Both the position numbers and the translations under genes were made by a program. DNA of 50,078 nt, from contig JAMDHS010000028.1 of assembly GCA_029717555.1 (NCBI GenBank), positions 186,001-236,078 of the forward strand, in the 5' to 3' direction. The notes beneath the pieces are model-generated. The model was not told the origin of the DNA, ran no database searches, and worked only from the letters and a program-made list of their open reading frames with translations. This DNA comes from Peribolospora baueri (taxonomy: Eukaryota). Below, one piece after another: positions 24,638 to 37,105 of the stretch. The stretch's first letter is position 1. Each line of letters begins with the position of its first letter.

Positions 24638-27241
24638 ATGACCCTCCCTGCTCTTCTCCCTCTCCCCACTCCCTTCCTCCCCCTCACCCCCGCCCATCTC
24701 TCCGCCTACCTCCACCGCCTCGTCCACCTCGTCGCCTCGCCCACCTCGCCCGTCCTCCCCCTCGCCACCGCCCACGTCTCCCACCTCCTCCTCGACGACG
24801 ACGGCGGCGGTGATAAGGACGTATGGAACACCTTGGCCCCTGAATGGAGGTACTGGGCCGCCTCTGTGTGGGCGTCCAGGGTCGCCAGCGGCGATGGCGA
24901 TAGCGATGGCAACAGCGACGACGATATCGCCGCCAACGAAGAGCTCTGGCAAGACGTCGTGCGCTCGCTCGCTTGTGGAAAGCTGCCAGAGGTGAGGTGA
25001 GGTCCGGTGGACGGGATGAGGTTAGGTTAGGTTAGGCAAGGCGAGCGGAGCGGAGGGGAGCGCCCGTCGCGTGGCATCATGCATGGCAGCCAGGCAGCCA
25101 CCGCCCGCTCTCTTTCTCCTTCTCCTTCCCACCGACGCTGCCTCCTGTCTCTCCATCTCCGTCCCTATCTTGTCCCCTGTCGCACGTCCAAAGTGTCAGA
25201 CAGATAGACATGGCAATGTCAATCGTTTCTCACTCTCAACCGACCGCTGATCCTAGCCCTCGATCCGCTCCTCCCGGTCAAAGAACGTACCCGCCCCGCC
25301 GTCCAGCTTGACCACATACCTCGACCAGTGCGTCTCCCTCGCCCTGGACAGAAGTGTGTCTCAAGAGGGTGAGAGTCGGAGCAGTGCAGAGCAGAGCACA
25401 GCAGAGAAGCGCGGTAAAGCGAGCGCAGTGCAGAGCGGAGCCACGGGTAGAGAGAGCCAAACGGCACACGACCGACCGAATCGGCGGACCGCGGCCAAGT
25501 TTGCCTCGCTGCCTTGCTCACGCTGCCGCCGATCAATCATCTCATCTCACCCAATTCCGGTCACCTCCCCGCCCCCTCCTCCACAGTCCTCCGCTCCGAA
25601 CTACCCCCGCCCACGTCGCTCCGACACGGCCTCAAACCCAAAAAGGCACACGAAGTCGCGCGGCTCAGCGGCTTGGTGCGCGACGTCGTCTCCGCTCTCG
25701 ACCGGCGAGGCCTCAAGGTCGTCGACGTGGGCAGTGGCCGAGTGAGCTAGCTCGACGGCGTTTCGGCGTCTCCGCATCACGTCGCTCACTCACGTCCGTC
25801 GCCCGCGTTTTTTGCTACATCCACAAAAAGGGCTATCTCTCTCGCACGCTCTCTCTCCCTCCCCACTATCTCCACGTCCTCGCCCTCGACTCTTCCTCCT
25901 CCCAAACCGCAGGAGCTCAACGCCTGGATCAGTACATCATGAGAGAAGTTTGCCGAGAGCAAACTCCCCGACCCGAACACCGCGCACCCACGGCCGGTAC
26001 CGTCACTCACGTCAACGCCCGTGTCGATGCCGAGTCGCTCGAAAAGACCGTCGATGCCTTCCTTCGCGCCTCGACCGCCGAAGAAGACGCGCCCGACGAA
26101 GCCCTGCTCGTCGGCCTGCACGCCTGCGGCGACCTAAGCCTGGCCATGATCAAGGCCGTGACCGAGGATCATCGAGAGCGAGGCAAGATCGCGGGCCTCG
26201 TCGGGGTCGGGTGCTGCTACAACTTGATGAGTCCGTCGAGTGAGAGGCGGCGCTTTCCGTCAGCTCGGCTCGTGCGGACGCTGATCGCTATGCGGTGCCA
26301 CGCTCGTTCGTGCCCCTGCCATTCATTCCTCTGGTACCCCTCCATCCAGACTTTCCCCTCTCCGACACTCTACACCACCGTCTCTCTCCCTCTCCCCCCG
26401 CCTCACCTCGTCGCGACGGCCCCGTCCTCGACCACCTGGCGCTTATGCTCGCCACGCAGACGCCCGCCCACTGGGCATCCACAGACGCGAAATGGAAGCG
26501 CCAGATGGAGAGCTTTCGCAAGCTCTTCTTCCACGCTCGCTTCCTCTCTCTCTATCCCGGCGCTTTCTCCGATACCGATACCGAGCGTGACGACGACGAC
26601 GAGACTCGAGCGGCCGGAGGCGCCGGTGGAAGAGGGAGGATAGGGCGCTTCGGACGAGGCGAGGTCAAGTCCTGGGAACAGTACGTGGGCTTTGCGTTCG
26701 CAAAGCTCGGCCTGGAAGGGCAGAGGGAGGCGCGCGTCCGCGCTGAGGGAGATCGGAGACGGCGAGACGCCGGTGAGGGTTCATTGTTGCTGGCCTTTGG
26801 GAGGAAGAAAAAGTTTGTTCACTCGTAATGACGGACGATGGCCGTGTCCTCTCCTCCCGCTTCTGCCCAGTCCGAAATCCGTCCAGCCTCCCCAGCTCAA
26901 CCGACTTTCCCTTCCCCTTCCCATTGACACCCTCTCGCTTAACCTCCTGGGACGCCTTCCGCATCGCCCTCTTCTGGACGCTCAGGTGCCTCGCCGGACC
27001 CGTCCTCGAGAGCCTCCTTCTCCTGGATCGATGGCTCTACCTCGTCGAGAGGATCGGCGACGAGCAGTGTCGACGGCTCTTGGACTCCGTTTCCCCCTCG
27101 CACAACCGACGCGCAGAGGACGAGCCCTCCAAAGGTTCGCTCTCCTGCCAGGCGAACGAACGAGGCAAGCGGGTCAGCTTGGTCAACGTGTTCGACCTCG
27201 ACGCGGGAAGCCTGCGTAACATTGCTGTTGTAGTTACTTGA
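24638..27241 (+). CDS. METTL25/RRNAD1-like SAM-dependent methyltransferase, multi-exon
   Basis: GLKPKKAHEV, VVDVGSGR|GYLSRTL (motif I), VGLHACGDLS, VGCCYNLM, LRCLAGPVLESLLLLDRWLYL, VFD...SLRNIAVV. Confidence 0.88.
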
Positions 27242-27494
27242 AAACCCTCCGTGCCTCTATAGAACTTTGAGTGCCGCCCGTCGAGAGACGCATAGAGCAT
27301 TTTGAGATCGCCCTACATGTTTTTTTTTCTTCCACCTCGCTTTTCTTTTACCGTCTCTTCGTCGTCGATTCTCTCCCTTTGCCGTCCTGACCTATTAACG
27401 CGATGCGGCCGCCGCAGTATTCGGAGCGGAGCGGCGAAGCGGATCTTCGCACGTCCACCGCGAATCTCGAACAGGCCGCTTCGCTTTGGCCGGT

Positions 27495-27539
27495 GACGAC
27501 GACGACGAACGACGACGACGAACGACGACGACGACGACG
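27495..27539 (+). repeat. Interrupted (GAC)n microsatellite just 5' of the ABC transporter ATG
   Basis: GACGACGACGACGAACGACGACGACGAACGACGAC... read directly. Confidence 0.9.
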
Positions 27540-27545
27540 TACATC

Positions 27546-30500
27546 ATGGACAGCGCCTTGAGGGCTGTCTCTGGCTCATTACGAGCCGCCTGGTCCTGCA
27601 GACGGCTCCCGGTTTTGTCCAGCACCGTCTCGCGCCCGCGCCCGCTCTTGGATCGGCAGTCCCTTCGCCCATTCTCGATCGCCGCTGCGCCGCCCGCCAG
27701 GCAGCTGCTCGCTCTCCAAGGACGATCGGCGTCGTCGTCGACGACGGCCTTGTCTCTTCGGACTACGTGTCCGGCAGGGAGACCTCCTGTCCCTGCTCCG
27801 TCATCGCTGCTTTCCAACCTCTCCTCCACCCCCCTCTTCGCCCATCCGCCGTGGCGATATGCTCGCTTCCGGCACAGCTCTGCCGCACCGGCCACAGAGG
27901 GGCGACCGGTGTCGAGCTCTTCAAAGCCGATCACCGGCTCGACCTCCCCCTCCTCCTCCTCCTCCTCCTCTTCTCCGATCTCCGAACGGCCACACGCGCC
28001 CGACGTCGACACCACTGTCGCCAAGGCGAGAAGCCCGATCGCGGCGGCCATCGAGCGCGTGCGAACGCAACTCCTACCGCCATCGACAGACGCTTCTCGA
28101 ACCTACCCGGACGCGCGCCGACTCTTCTCGCTGGCCGCGTCAGAAAAACGCACGTTGGTCATCGGACTCGGCCTCTTGCTCATCAGCTCTACCGTCGGCC
28201 TCGCCGTGCCTTTTGCCATCGGAAAGATCATCGATTTTTTCACCGGTGGCGCCACCGCCCTCTTCGGACTCAGCTTTGGAGCCGTCGCAGCCATTCTCGC
28301 CGCCGTCTTCGCCATCGGCGCTTGTGCAAAGACGGGCTCGAATATCCTTTTGGTGCGTCTACGTCACAAGTTCACCCTCGGTTTCTTTTCCTTTTTTTTG
28401 TTACACGACGTGCCCCCGCTTGACTAGTCTTTGTCTCCTCTTCGACCTGTCCAAATTCAGGAATTGGCCGGCATCCGCATCATTCAGCGTATGCGTGAGC
28501 GTGCCTATGCCAACGCTCTCCGACAGGACGTGGAATGGGCGGACAAGGGTGCCGGCGACGTGGTCAGCCGACTGAACTTGGACACGAGCATCGTCGGTGA
28601 GCGATCTCCGGCCTTGGACGTTCGCTCGAGTCCTCGACCTTCTGATGACCTCCTTTTGCTTCTATTCTTTTCATCTGCCGTCTCGTCCCAGGGGAGAGCA
28701 TCACGAGTGACATTGGAGATGGCTTGAGGTGAGCTTTGGTCGTCATGTCGTCTCCTCCTTCGCCGGTCGACTCCAGCGACGGCTCCTGACTCCGATCCGA
28801 TCCCCACCCATCCTTCTATCGGCAGGGCTGCTTGCACGGTCGTCATTGCAGGAGGCGCCATGTTCATCATCTCCACCAAGCTCACCTTGCTCATGTTGGC
28901 CGTTGTTCCGCCAGCCGCCATCGGATCTGTGCGTATGACCGTTTGCATTTTAACGTTGCGTCCATTTGCCCCTTCTGGCCCGTATTGACGCATGCGTACT
29001 TTCGCCGTCGACGTCGCCGTCGCCGTCGCACAGGTCTTCTACGGTCGCTACCTTCGTTCGCTCACCGCTCAGACCCAAGACGCCATTGGAGAGATGACCA
29101 AGACGGCCGAGGAGCGTCTGTCGCCGGCCGCCTTCCGGACTATTCACGCTTTTAACACCCAAGGCGTAGAAGAGAAGCGCTTTCAAGGCAAGGTCGAGGA
29201 CATTGTGGACCTTCAGAAGAAGGAGGCTTACGCTAGCGGCTTCTTCTACGGCGGAACTGGCTTCGTCGGCAATTGGTGCGTGCATGCAGTTTTTGGCTTA
29301 GAAGCTGTTAGAGCCGTCGATTGATGGTCCTCCTCCGTTTGGACCTCTCAGCTCCCTTCTCACTCTTCTCACCTACGGCGGCCATCTCGTTGCGACGGGC
29401 GTGATCACCGTCGGCGACTTGACGAGTCTGCTCATGTACACGGCCTACCTCGGTGGAGGCATGGTGAATCTGACCAGCTTTTTTGCCACCGTCATGAAAG
29501 GTCTCGGCGCCGGTTCGCGCGTGTTCGAATTGATCGATCGCGAGCCCAAGATCAAACTAGGCCAAGGGGAGGATTGTACCGTCCGTCGGGGTTCCTTGGA
29601 CTTTGAACGAGTTTCGTTCGCCTACCCTTCGCGACCGCATGCCAAGATCCTCGACGACGTTTCCGTCGACATCAAGCCCGGTCAGAGCGTCGCTTTGGTT
29701 GGAGCGAGCGGCACCGGAAAGAGTTCTGCACACAACCTCGTCTTGAGGTTCTACGACCCGCAAAGCGGAAAGATCACCTTTGACGGTCACGGTGAGTCAC
29801 ACCGTTTCTTGTGTCCGCGCGCCATGTTCGTCTCCTGATCGGAGGCCATCTTTCGCCTTCCTCCCAGACATTCGCAATTTCAAGCCAGAGTCCTGGCGAT
29901 CCAACCTCGGCGTCGTGTTCCAAGAACCCGTCCTGTTCGAGGGTACGATCGCCGAGAACATTGCTTACGGTACTCCCAAGGCCACTCGGGAGGAGATCAT
30001 GGAGGCGGCCAAGCTGGCGAACTGCGATTTTGTCTGGACGATGCCCAACGGATTTGATACACACATTGGGCCGAGGCAGCTGAGTGGCGGTCAGGTGAGT
30101 CGGTTCGGTTCCATCCGCTTTCGCATGTTCGATAGGCCGTGTGCTTACCGAGAGTGTTTGCGTTCGCGTGACGACGACCAGAAACAACGCATCGCCATCG
30201 CCCGAGCGCTGGTGCGAAAGCCGTCCATCCTGCTCATGGACGAAGCGACGTCCGCGCTGGACTCGGCCTCCGAGGTGAGACGGATGCCGCTTGAAACGTG
30301 CCCACTCATCCACCCCGCCCGGTCAAGGCTCACCTTCGTCCTTGCTTTCGTTCTTCACCAGTACCTTGTCAACAAGGCCATTTCAACCGTCATGGCTACG
30401 GGAGAGATCACGGTGTGGATCGTGGCCCATCGACTAAGCACCATCCGATCCGCGTCGACCATCCTCGTGCTCGAGAGCGGCAAGGTTGTGGAGTCGGGCA

Positions 30501-30682
30501 GCTTTGACGAGCTCGATCAGCCCGGTACCGCTTTCCGACGGCTCATGGCCGCTCAGCTCGAAGCGGGGATTGGCACGGAGGAGGCGGCAAGATTGGAGGC
30601 GCAGGAAAGGGAGAAGGAGGGGAAGGACGAGGGGGAGAAAGAGGAGCACGTTCTGATCAAGGAAGGGGCGCGAAGGGCGTAA
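27546..30682 (+). CDS. MDL1: Mitochondrial ABCB half-transporter (Mdl1/Mdl2, ABCB10-like), multi-exon
   Basis: R/S-rich presequence and a TM domain (VPFAIGKIID; ITVGDLTSLLMYTAY). Walker A GASGTGKSS, Q-loop VFQEPVLF, LSGGQ|KQRIAIARAL, Walker B LMDEATSALD, VAHRLSTI. MDL1 versus MDL2 is not resolved. Confidence 0.9.
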
Positions 30683-31416
30683 ACCGACGTCATTCGGTCA
30701 TCCGTCCTCGAACACATTCTCCCGTCTTCTTTCATTCATCCTTTCCTTTTCTCGTTCTCGTCTCATCTCGTCAGCCGACGAGTTTTGCGATTGCCTGACG
30801 AGTCGACATATCCGTGTACCAGTAGCCGCCGGCTAGCGCTGCCCCCCCTTCCCCCGCCGAAAATCTGCTCGACGCTCGACGCTCGACGTTCGTCCACCAT
30901 TATTTCCTTCCTTTCTGCTCCCTCCCCCCTCACTCTTTTCTAATTTTCGTATCGCGTTTGGGTCGATAATAGAATAGACGAGCGGTCACAGCTCCCATTT
31001 GGACCCGTCCCGTCGTTCTGGGCGGCCCATCGGAACTTGTCCCCAAGGCTGGTCGGTGGTCGGTCACAGGGCCTGCTGTCGCGCTCGCGCCTCTTCCGAG
31101 GCGAACCTAGTAAGGGAGGGCAGGAGGTGGGCGAGGGAGAGGACTCCTTGTCGTCGAGGTTTGTGCGGTGAGGTGATCATCGAAGGGGACAAACGTGAGG
31201 AGGAAGAGCGTCGTGGTGGGGATGGTGCATCGTGCTTTTTTTTTTTTGACAAACGCAGGTAGGTCGCGACCGTCGGCGCCTCTCTGGACGGCATCACCCG
31301 TCCGGGTCCCGTCCCGTCCCATCCGTCCGATGTGGCTCCGGTTCGGTCTTTCTCGACGCCCGTGCGTTCGGACGACGACGACGACGACGCTCCCTCTCTC
31401 TTTTCTAGCCGAAAGG

Positions 31417-31444
31417 AAAAAAAAAAAAAAAAAAAAAAAAAAAA
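31417..31444. repeat. A28 homopolymer
   Basis: 28 consecutive A, intergenic. Confidence 0.95.
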
Positions 31445-31720
31445 GGTTGCTTAGAGCTGCCGCTATTCTTCAAGCGAAGCGTAAGGACATGGGACGGTCG
31501 AGGCTAGAAGGGGTGGTTTTGCAGAATGAGATGCAATTCCTTCCGGTGTAAGGCGTGGTGAGGCGATTCGGGTTACTACTCGAATGCCTTGGATCGTCGT
31601 GCGCGCGAGCGAACGAGCGTTGAAATTAATCCATGTCAACAAATAAAAACCCTAAAACTACGTGTTGACATTAAGAAGGCAAGGTCGTCCCGCCCCCCCC
31701 TCCCCCTTTCCATTCCGCGC

Positions 31721-32589
31721 TCAGTTGATGTAAATGTACTCCAAGATGGGCTGGAGTCCAGTGTCCTGATCGCGCTGGACCCTTGACAACGGTCGTGCTG
31801 TCGTCGGCAGGGAGACCGAAGTAAAAGTCGGGGCCGCTGGCGCTCTTCGGGCTGCCGAGGAAGGTGAGGTTCAAAACGGACTCGGAGTAGGGCGCGTCAT
31901 TGACCTCGGTGAGCTTGTAGTACTGGTTCTCCAGACCATTGCCGTCGGTGAGCTGGCACGGCTCGTCGACCAGGAGGTCGAGGATGGGCTTGTTGTCATC
32001 GGTACTGAAAGAGCGGAGGGTGGTGCAGTTGACAGGGCTCGACGGAGCGGTCAGGGCGATGTTCTGCGGGGAGAGGAGACCGTACCTGACCAGGCAAAAG
32101 GAACGGAATGAGCATTCAGAGCACCATCATAGAGCCAGCAAAGCAAATCGACAACAGGAGGCACTTACCACTTCTGGACGCCATTGGAGTCCGTCGTGTT
32201 GGCAGGATAGCCCATGTACGAGGACGCGCACGCCCAGCTGTGGACAGAAGGGTAGAGAACAACGGGTCATGTCAGCAAGGAGCAGAACTGGACTTTTTTT
32301 TTTTTTGCGAGCCGTAGAGGAAGGAGGCCGTTCGACCTCGACTCGACACTGACAAGGCGAAGCTCTGTCCGCCGAACGGTCCACCACCCTGGATGCTCAG
32401 CACCTGAGGATTGTCCTCAGCAGAGAAAGTTTGGTTGTTATCCTTGAGAGCCTCCTGCAGGGTGTAGTTGGTGAACCAACTTTCGAGCTGCCGACATTGT
32501 TCGATTGGGTAGGGTTGATCTCAAAGTAAGGAGCGTCCTGTGCGACCTGGCTGCAGCTGATCTGGGAGGTGTCGCTCGCGACTTGGTGC
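31721..32589 (-). pseudogene. Extracellular-type glycoprotein of unknown function, 3 exons, two frameshifts, 5' end not found
   Basis: Reconstructed HQVASDTSQISCSQVAQDAPYFEINPTQSNNVG[-1]LESWFTNYTLQ...GQSFAF|WACASSYMGYPANTT...KW|YGLLSPQ...VNCTTL...TTVVK[+1]VQRDQDTGLQPILEYIYIN*. Introns are phase-compatible GT-AG and there are five NxT sequons. Confidence 0.6.
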
Positions 32590-33338
32590 CTGAATTGCGA
32601 ACGTCGTCGACGGCGATCTTAGCAGCCGCCGACACAGCCTTCAACCTTGCGCCGAAGGGCAGGCCATGCATTCGGAAGAGATGGCCAGCTGGCGGTCAAA
32701 AAAGGCCTGGACCTCATCTCCAAGCTCATGGAGATGCAAGCCATGATCCCACAGTGTCGCGCCCTCCTCGAGGAGGCCGGCTTTGTCGAGGTGAGCCACG
32801 AAGCGTAGGATTATCGGAAGCATCCGAGTCGAATTGTCCGTCTCGCGCTCTCAAGGCCGGACAGATCGAAGAAACGAGATCAAGCTCACATTTTCCGTCT
32901 TGCTCGCCTTGGACCTCGCCAACGGCTTGGCAAACGTGACGGGCTCTAGCGATCGCCTGTTACCTAATTCCAGCTCTAACCTGCCGCCGCCCAGCTTCCT
33001 CCAGAAACCATTGCATCCTTTGGGTAGTTATTTCAACGCCCCCTGGAAATTCTCGCTTACCTCAGCCCTGTATTCACGGGTAGCCACGAAGACGACCCGC
33101 TTATGGAACGAGGATCAGTCTTGATTATTAACCTTCTCCGCTGACCAAGACAGTCGGCCGCTCGAAGAGCCGATGGTACTTCGCCCCGCCCCGCCCCACC
33201 CGTCCCTCGAATAAATTGCATAGATCCTTTCGAAGACGAAGACTAGCGTGCGGCCTTCCGGGTACGCAATCGGTTCGTCCCCTCCATCCCCCTAGACGCC
33301 ATCAGCAATCTTGACTTTTTTTTTCCACGGAGTTGGCC

Positions 33339-34118
33339 ATGGCAGACGATGAAGGAAGTGACGGACGGCGGGGAGCAAGCTTTGAGCCGGCATGTGTCGC
33401 TTCCGCTATGAGGGGAAGGGTGGCATTCCATGCTACTAACACGATGGATGAAGCTGTGCTGGAGAGCATGCAACTGCTTTCCCAGGATGCTGTGCAGGAG
33501 GAGGAGGAGAGAAGAGAAGGAACAGTGCCAGAGGAAGCGGAGGAGGAAGAGGAGGCGGACAAACCAGTCATGGCCGAGGACATCCTCAAGAGAAGGATTG
33601 ACATAATCGAAGACGAAATGGTGAGCATTTTTGTTCTCCCCTTCCTCGTCTGTTGCCCTGGGTAGAGTATAGGGCCTTGAACCGGTCCTGGATGGTCAAA
33701 CGGCCAGTCGAAGGTGTAATCATGGGCACTCACTTTCGCATGCTCAAAGTAGCTAAGGCCTTTGAATGAGGCTGTCACGAAGAATCAATCAAGCATGACT
33801 CATCTCCCCTCCTCTCCGTCCCCCTTTTGACCTTGGAAATGCCGCTCGTCCAGGACCATGTCAGAAGTATGGTGGTGGAGCGAGGCACTGGGGCAGCGCG
33901 CTTAACGGAGCTGCGTTATGTCTTAAATGAGCTGGATTACCTGGCAAAGGAGATGGGCGTAAGGGTGAGTTTCGGTCCGTCCCTCCCCGTCATCCAATCC
34001 TCGTCCTTTCGGGGAGGTGTACGAACCGTCGCCGAGGTGTTGGTCCTGCTTCACTTCGTATTGGTCACTGATTACATGCCCTCTGCTATCCACCTGTCCG
34101 TTGACAAAGGAGGGTTGA
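33339..34118 (+). CDS. Small acidic/coiled-coil hypothetical protein (possibly degenerate)
   Basis: MADDEG...EEEEE...KRRIDIIEDEM|GTGAGC (33621)...CAG|DHVRSMVVERG...KEMGVR|GTGAGT (33965). The 3' end is uncertain. Confidence 0.4.
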
Positions 34119-34812
34119 AAGTGAGAGGGTCGCCTGAGGAGGAAGACTGGTGCCAGTCAGCTGTAGCTGGCCAGGGCCCATGAGTGTTTAATGCCACAGC
34201 GTAAGTTGGAGGGGTAGTAGCCAGTGCTTGTACGAAACATAGGCCGTCAAGAAAGTGAATGACGCGACTGACGCACTGAACGGGTGAAGTTGTCTACGCC
34301 CGCCGGGCATGGCCGCTGCCGCTCCGACCTTTCCAATGCGTCTCCGAAACAAGTGGACTTTTCTTGAGAACGAATCCAAGGATGCTTTATCTTGCTTCAT
34401 CTTCGACATACAGGAACAAAGAAGGAGGGAAAGAAGAAGAAGAAACACGATGCACATCCCAAGTGCTCCGTCCGATCACAAGCGCCACGCGCCACGCGCA
34501 ATACGCATCACGACGAACGTACGTGCCTGCTCGAGAAGACCCCATCTTAGCCACCGAGAACTTCGTCTACCAAGTAGGTAAAATACGTCGGTCGACGAAT
34601 CGATCGATCGGTCCATCGCCGGTCGTCGCGTCTTTGCACGAGCAGGACCGAGAGGAAGAAGAGTGTGCTTGATTTCTTGAGTCCGTAGTTCCTCGTGGCA
34701 GTCTTTTGAGTCGTGAGGGGCGAGGCGGCGGCACATGAGGGGGAAGAGGATGAAGATGCTCGATGAAGGAGAAGGTGGGGGTGGAGGGAGAAAAAGGAAA
34801 GCATCTAAAAGT

Positions 34813-36492
<1,680 letters not shown>

Positions 36493-37105
36493 GGCGAATC
36501 CGTTCGTTGTAGGAGACGAGTAGATGCGGGGATGGGAAAGAAATGAACCGGGGACGAGACCGGAAGGAGATGAAGCGGTGGAAGCGGCGTCCACCCGATA
36601 CGCTGCGAAGGGGCGTGCCGGCCGAGTTGGAAAAGACGGAAAACGAAGTGGACAACCGGGGCGGGTAGAGGAAACGAGGGAAAGATGCGTGCTTTGCGTG
36701 GAGCGAGTGCGAGACAGTCAGGTATCAGGCGGTCTTCCAGTCGAGATCGGCGGCGGACGGGCGTCCGAGTCGAGGGCGACGGAAAGAAAAACGAGCTTCT
36801 TCTTGGGGACGTGATGGAGGACGATAAACAAGCAAAGAGCGGGAGGGCGCGGCTTAGGCTTCGGTTGAAAGGGAAGATAATGTAGGCAGCGAGACAAAGA
36901 ACGTTGCTTGCGATGCGTTTGGAGAGGAGATGAGATATGGAAGGAGAGGGAAGGACGACGATGGGAACAGAGAGAGGTGCAGGCGAGATCGACATGGGAG
37001 GAGGGCCAAGTTAGGGTTAAGCCCTAGAAGGAGATCCACAAAGGGCGCCGGTGCGTCTCGGGACTGCTTGCCATCTCGAGAACACCGGTAGGCGTGCAAT
37101 TCTCA

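Noticed and set aside
25021..25036. (TTAGG)3 telomere-like repeat
   Set aside because: Only three units, inside an intron of the methyltransferase gene.
31417..31444. Poly(A) tail of a retroelement
   Set aside because: No target-site duplication or element body is visible, and similar homopolymers occur in introns here.
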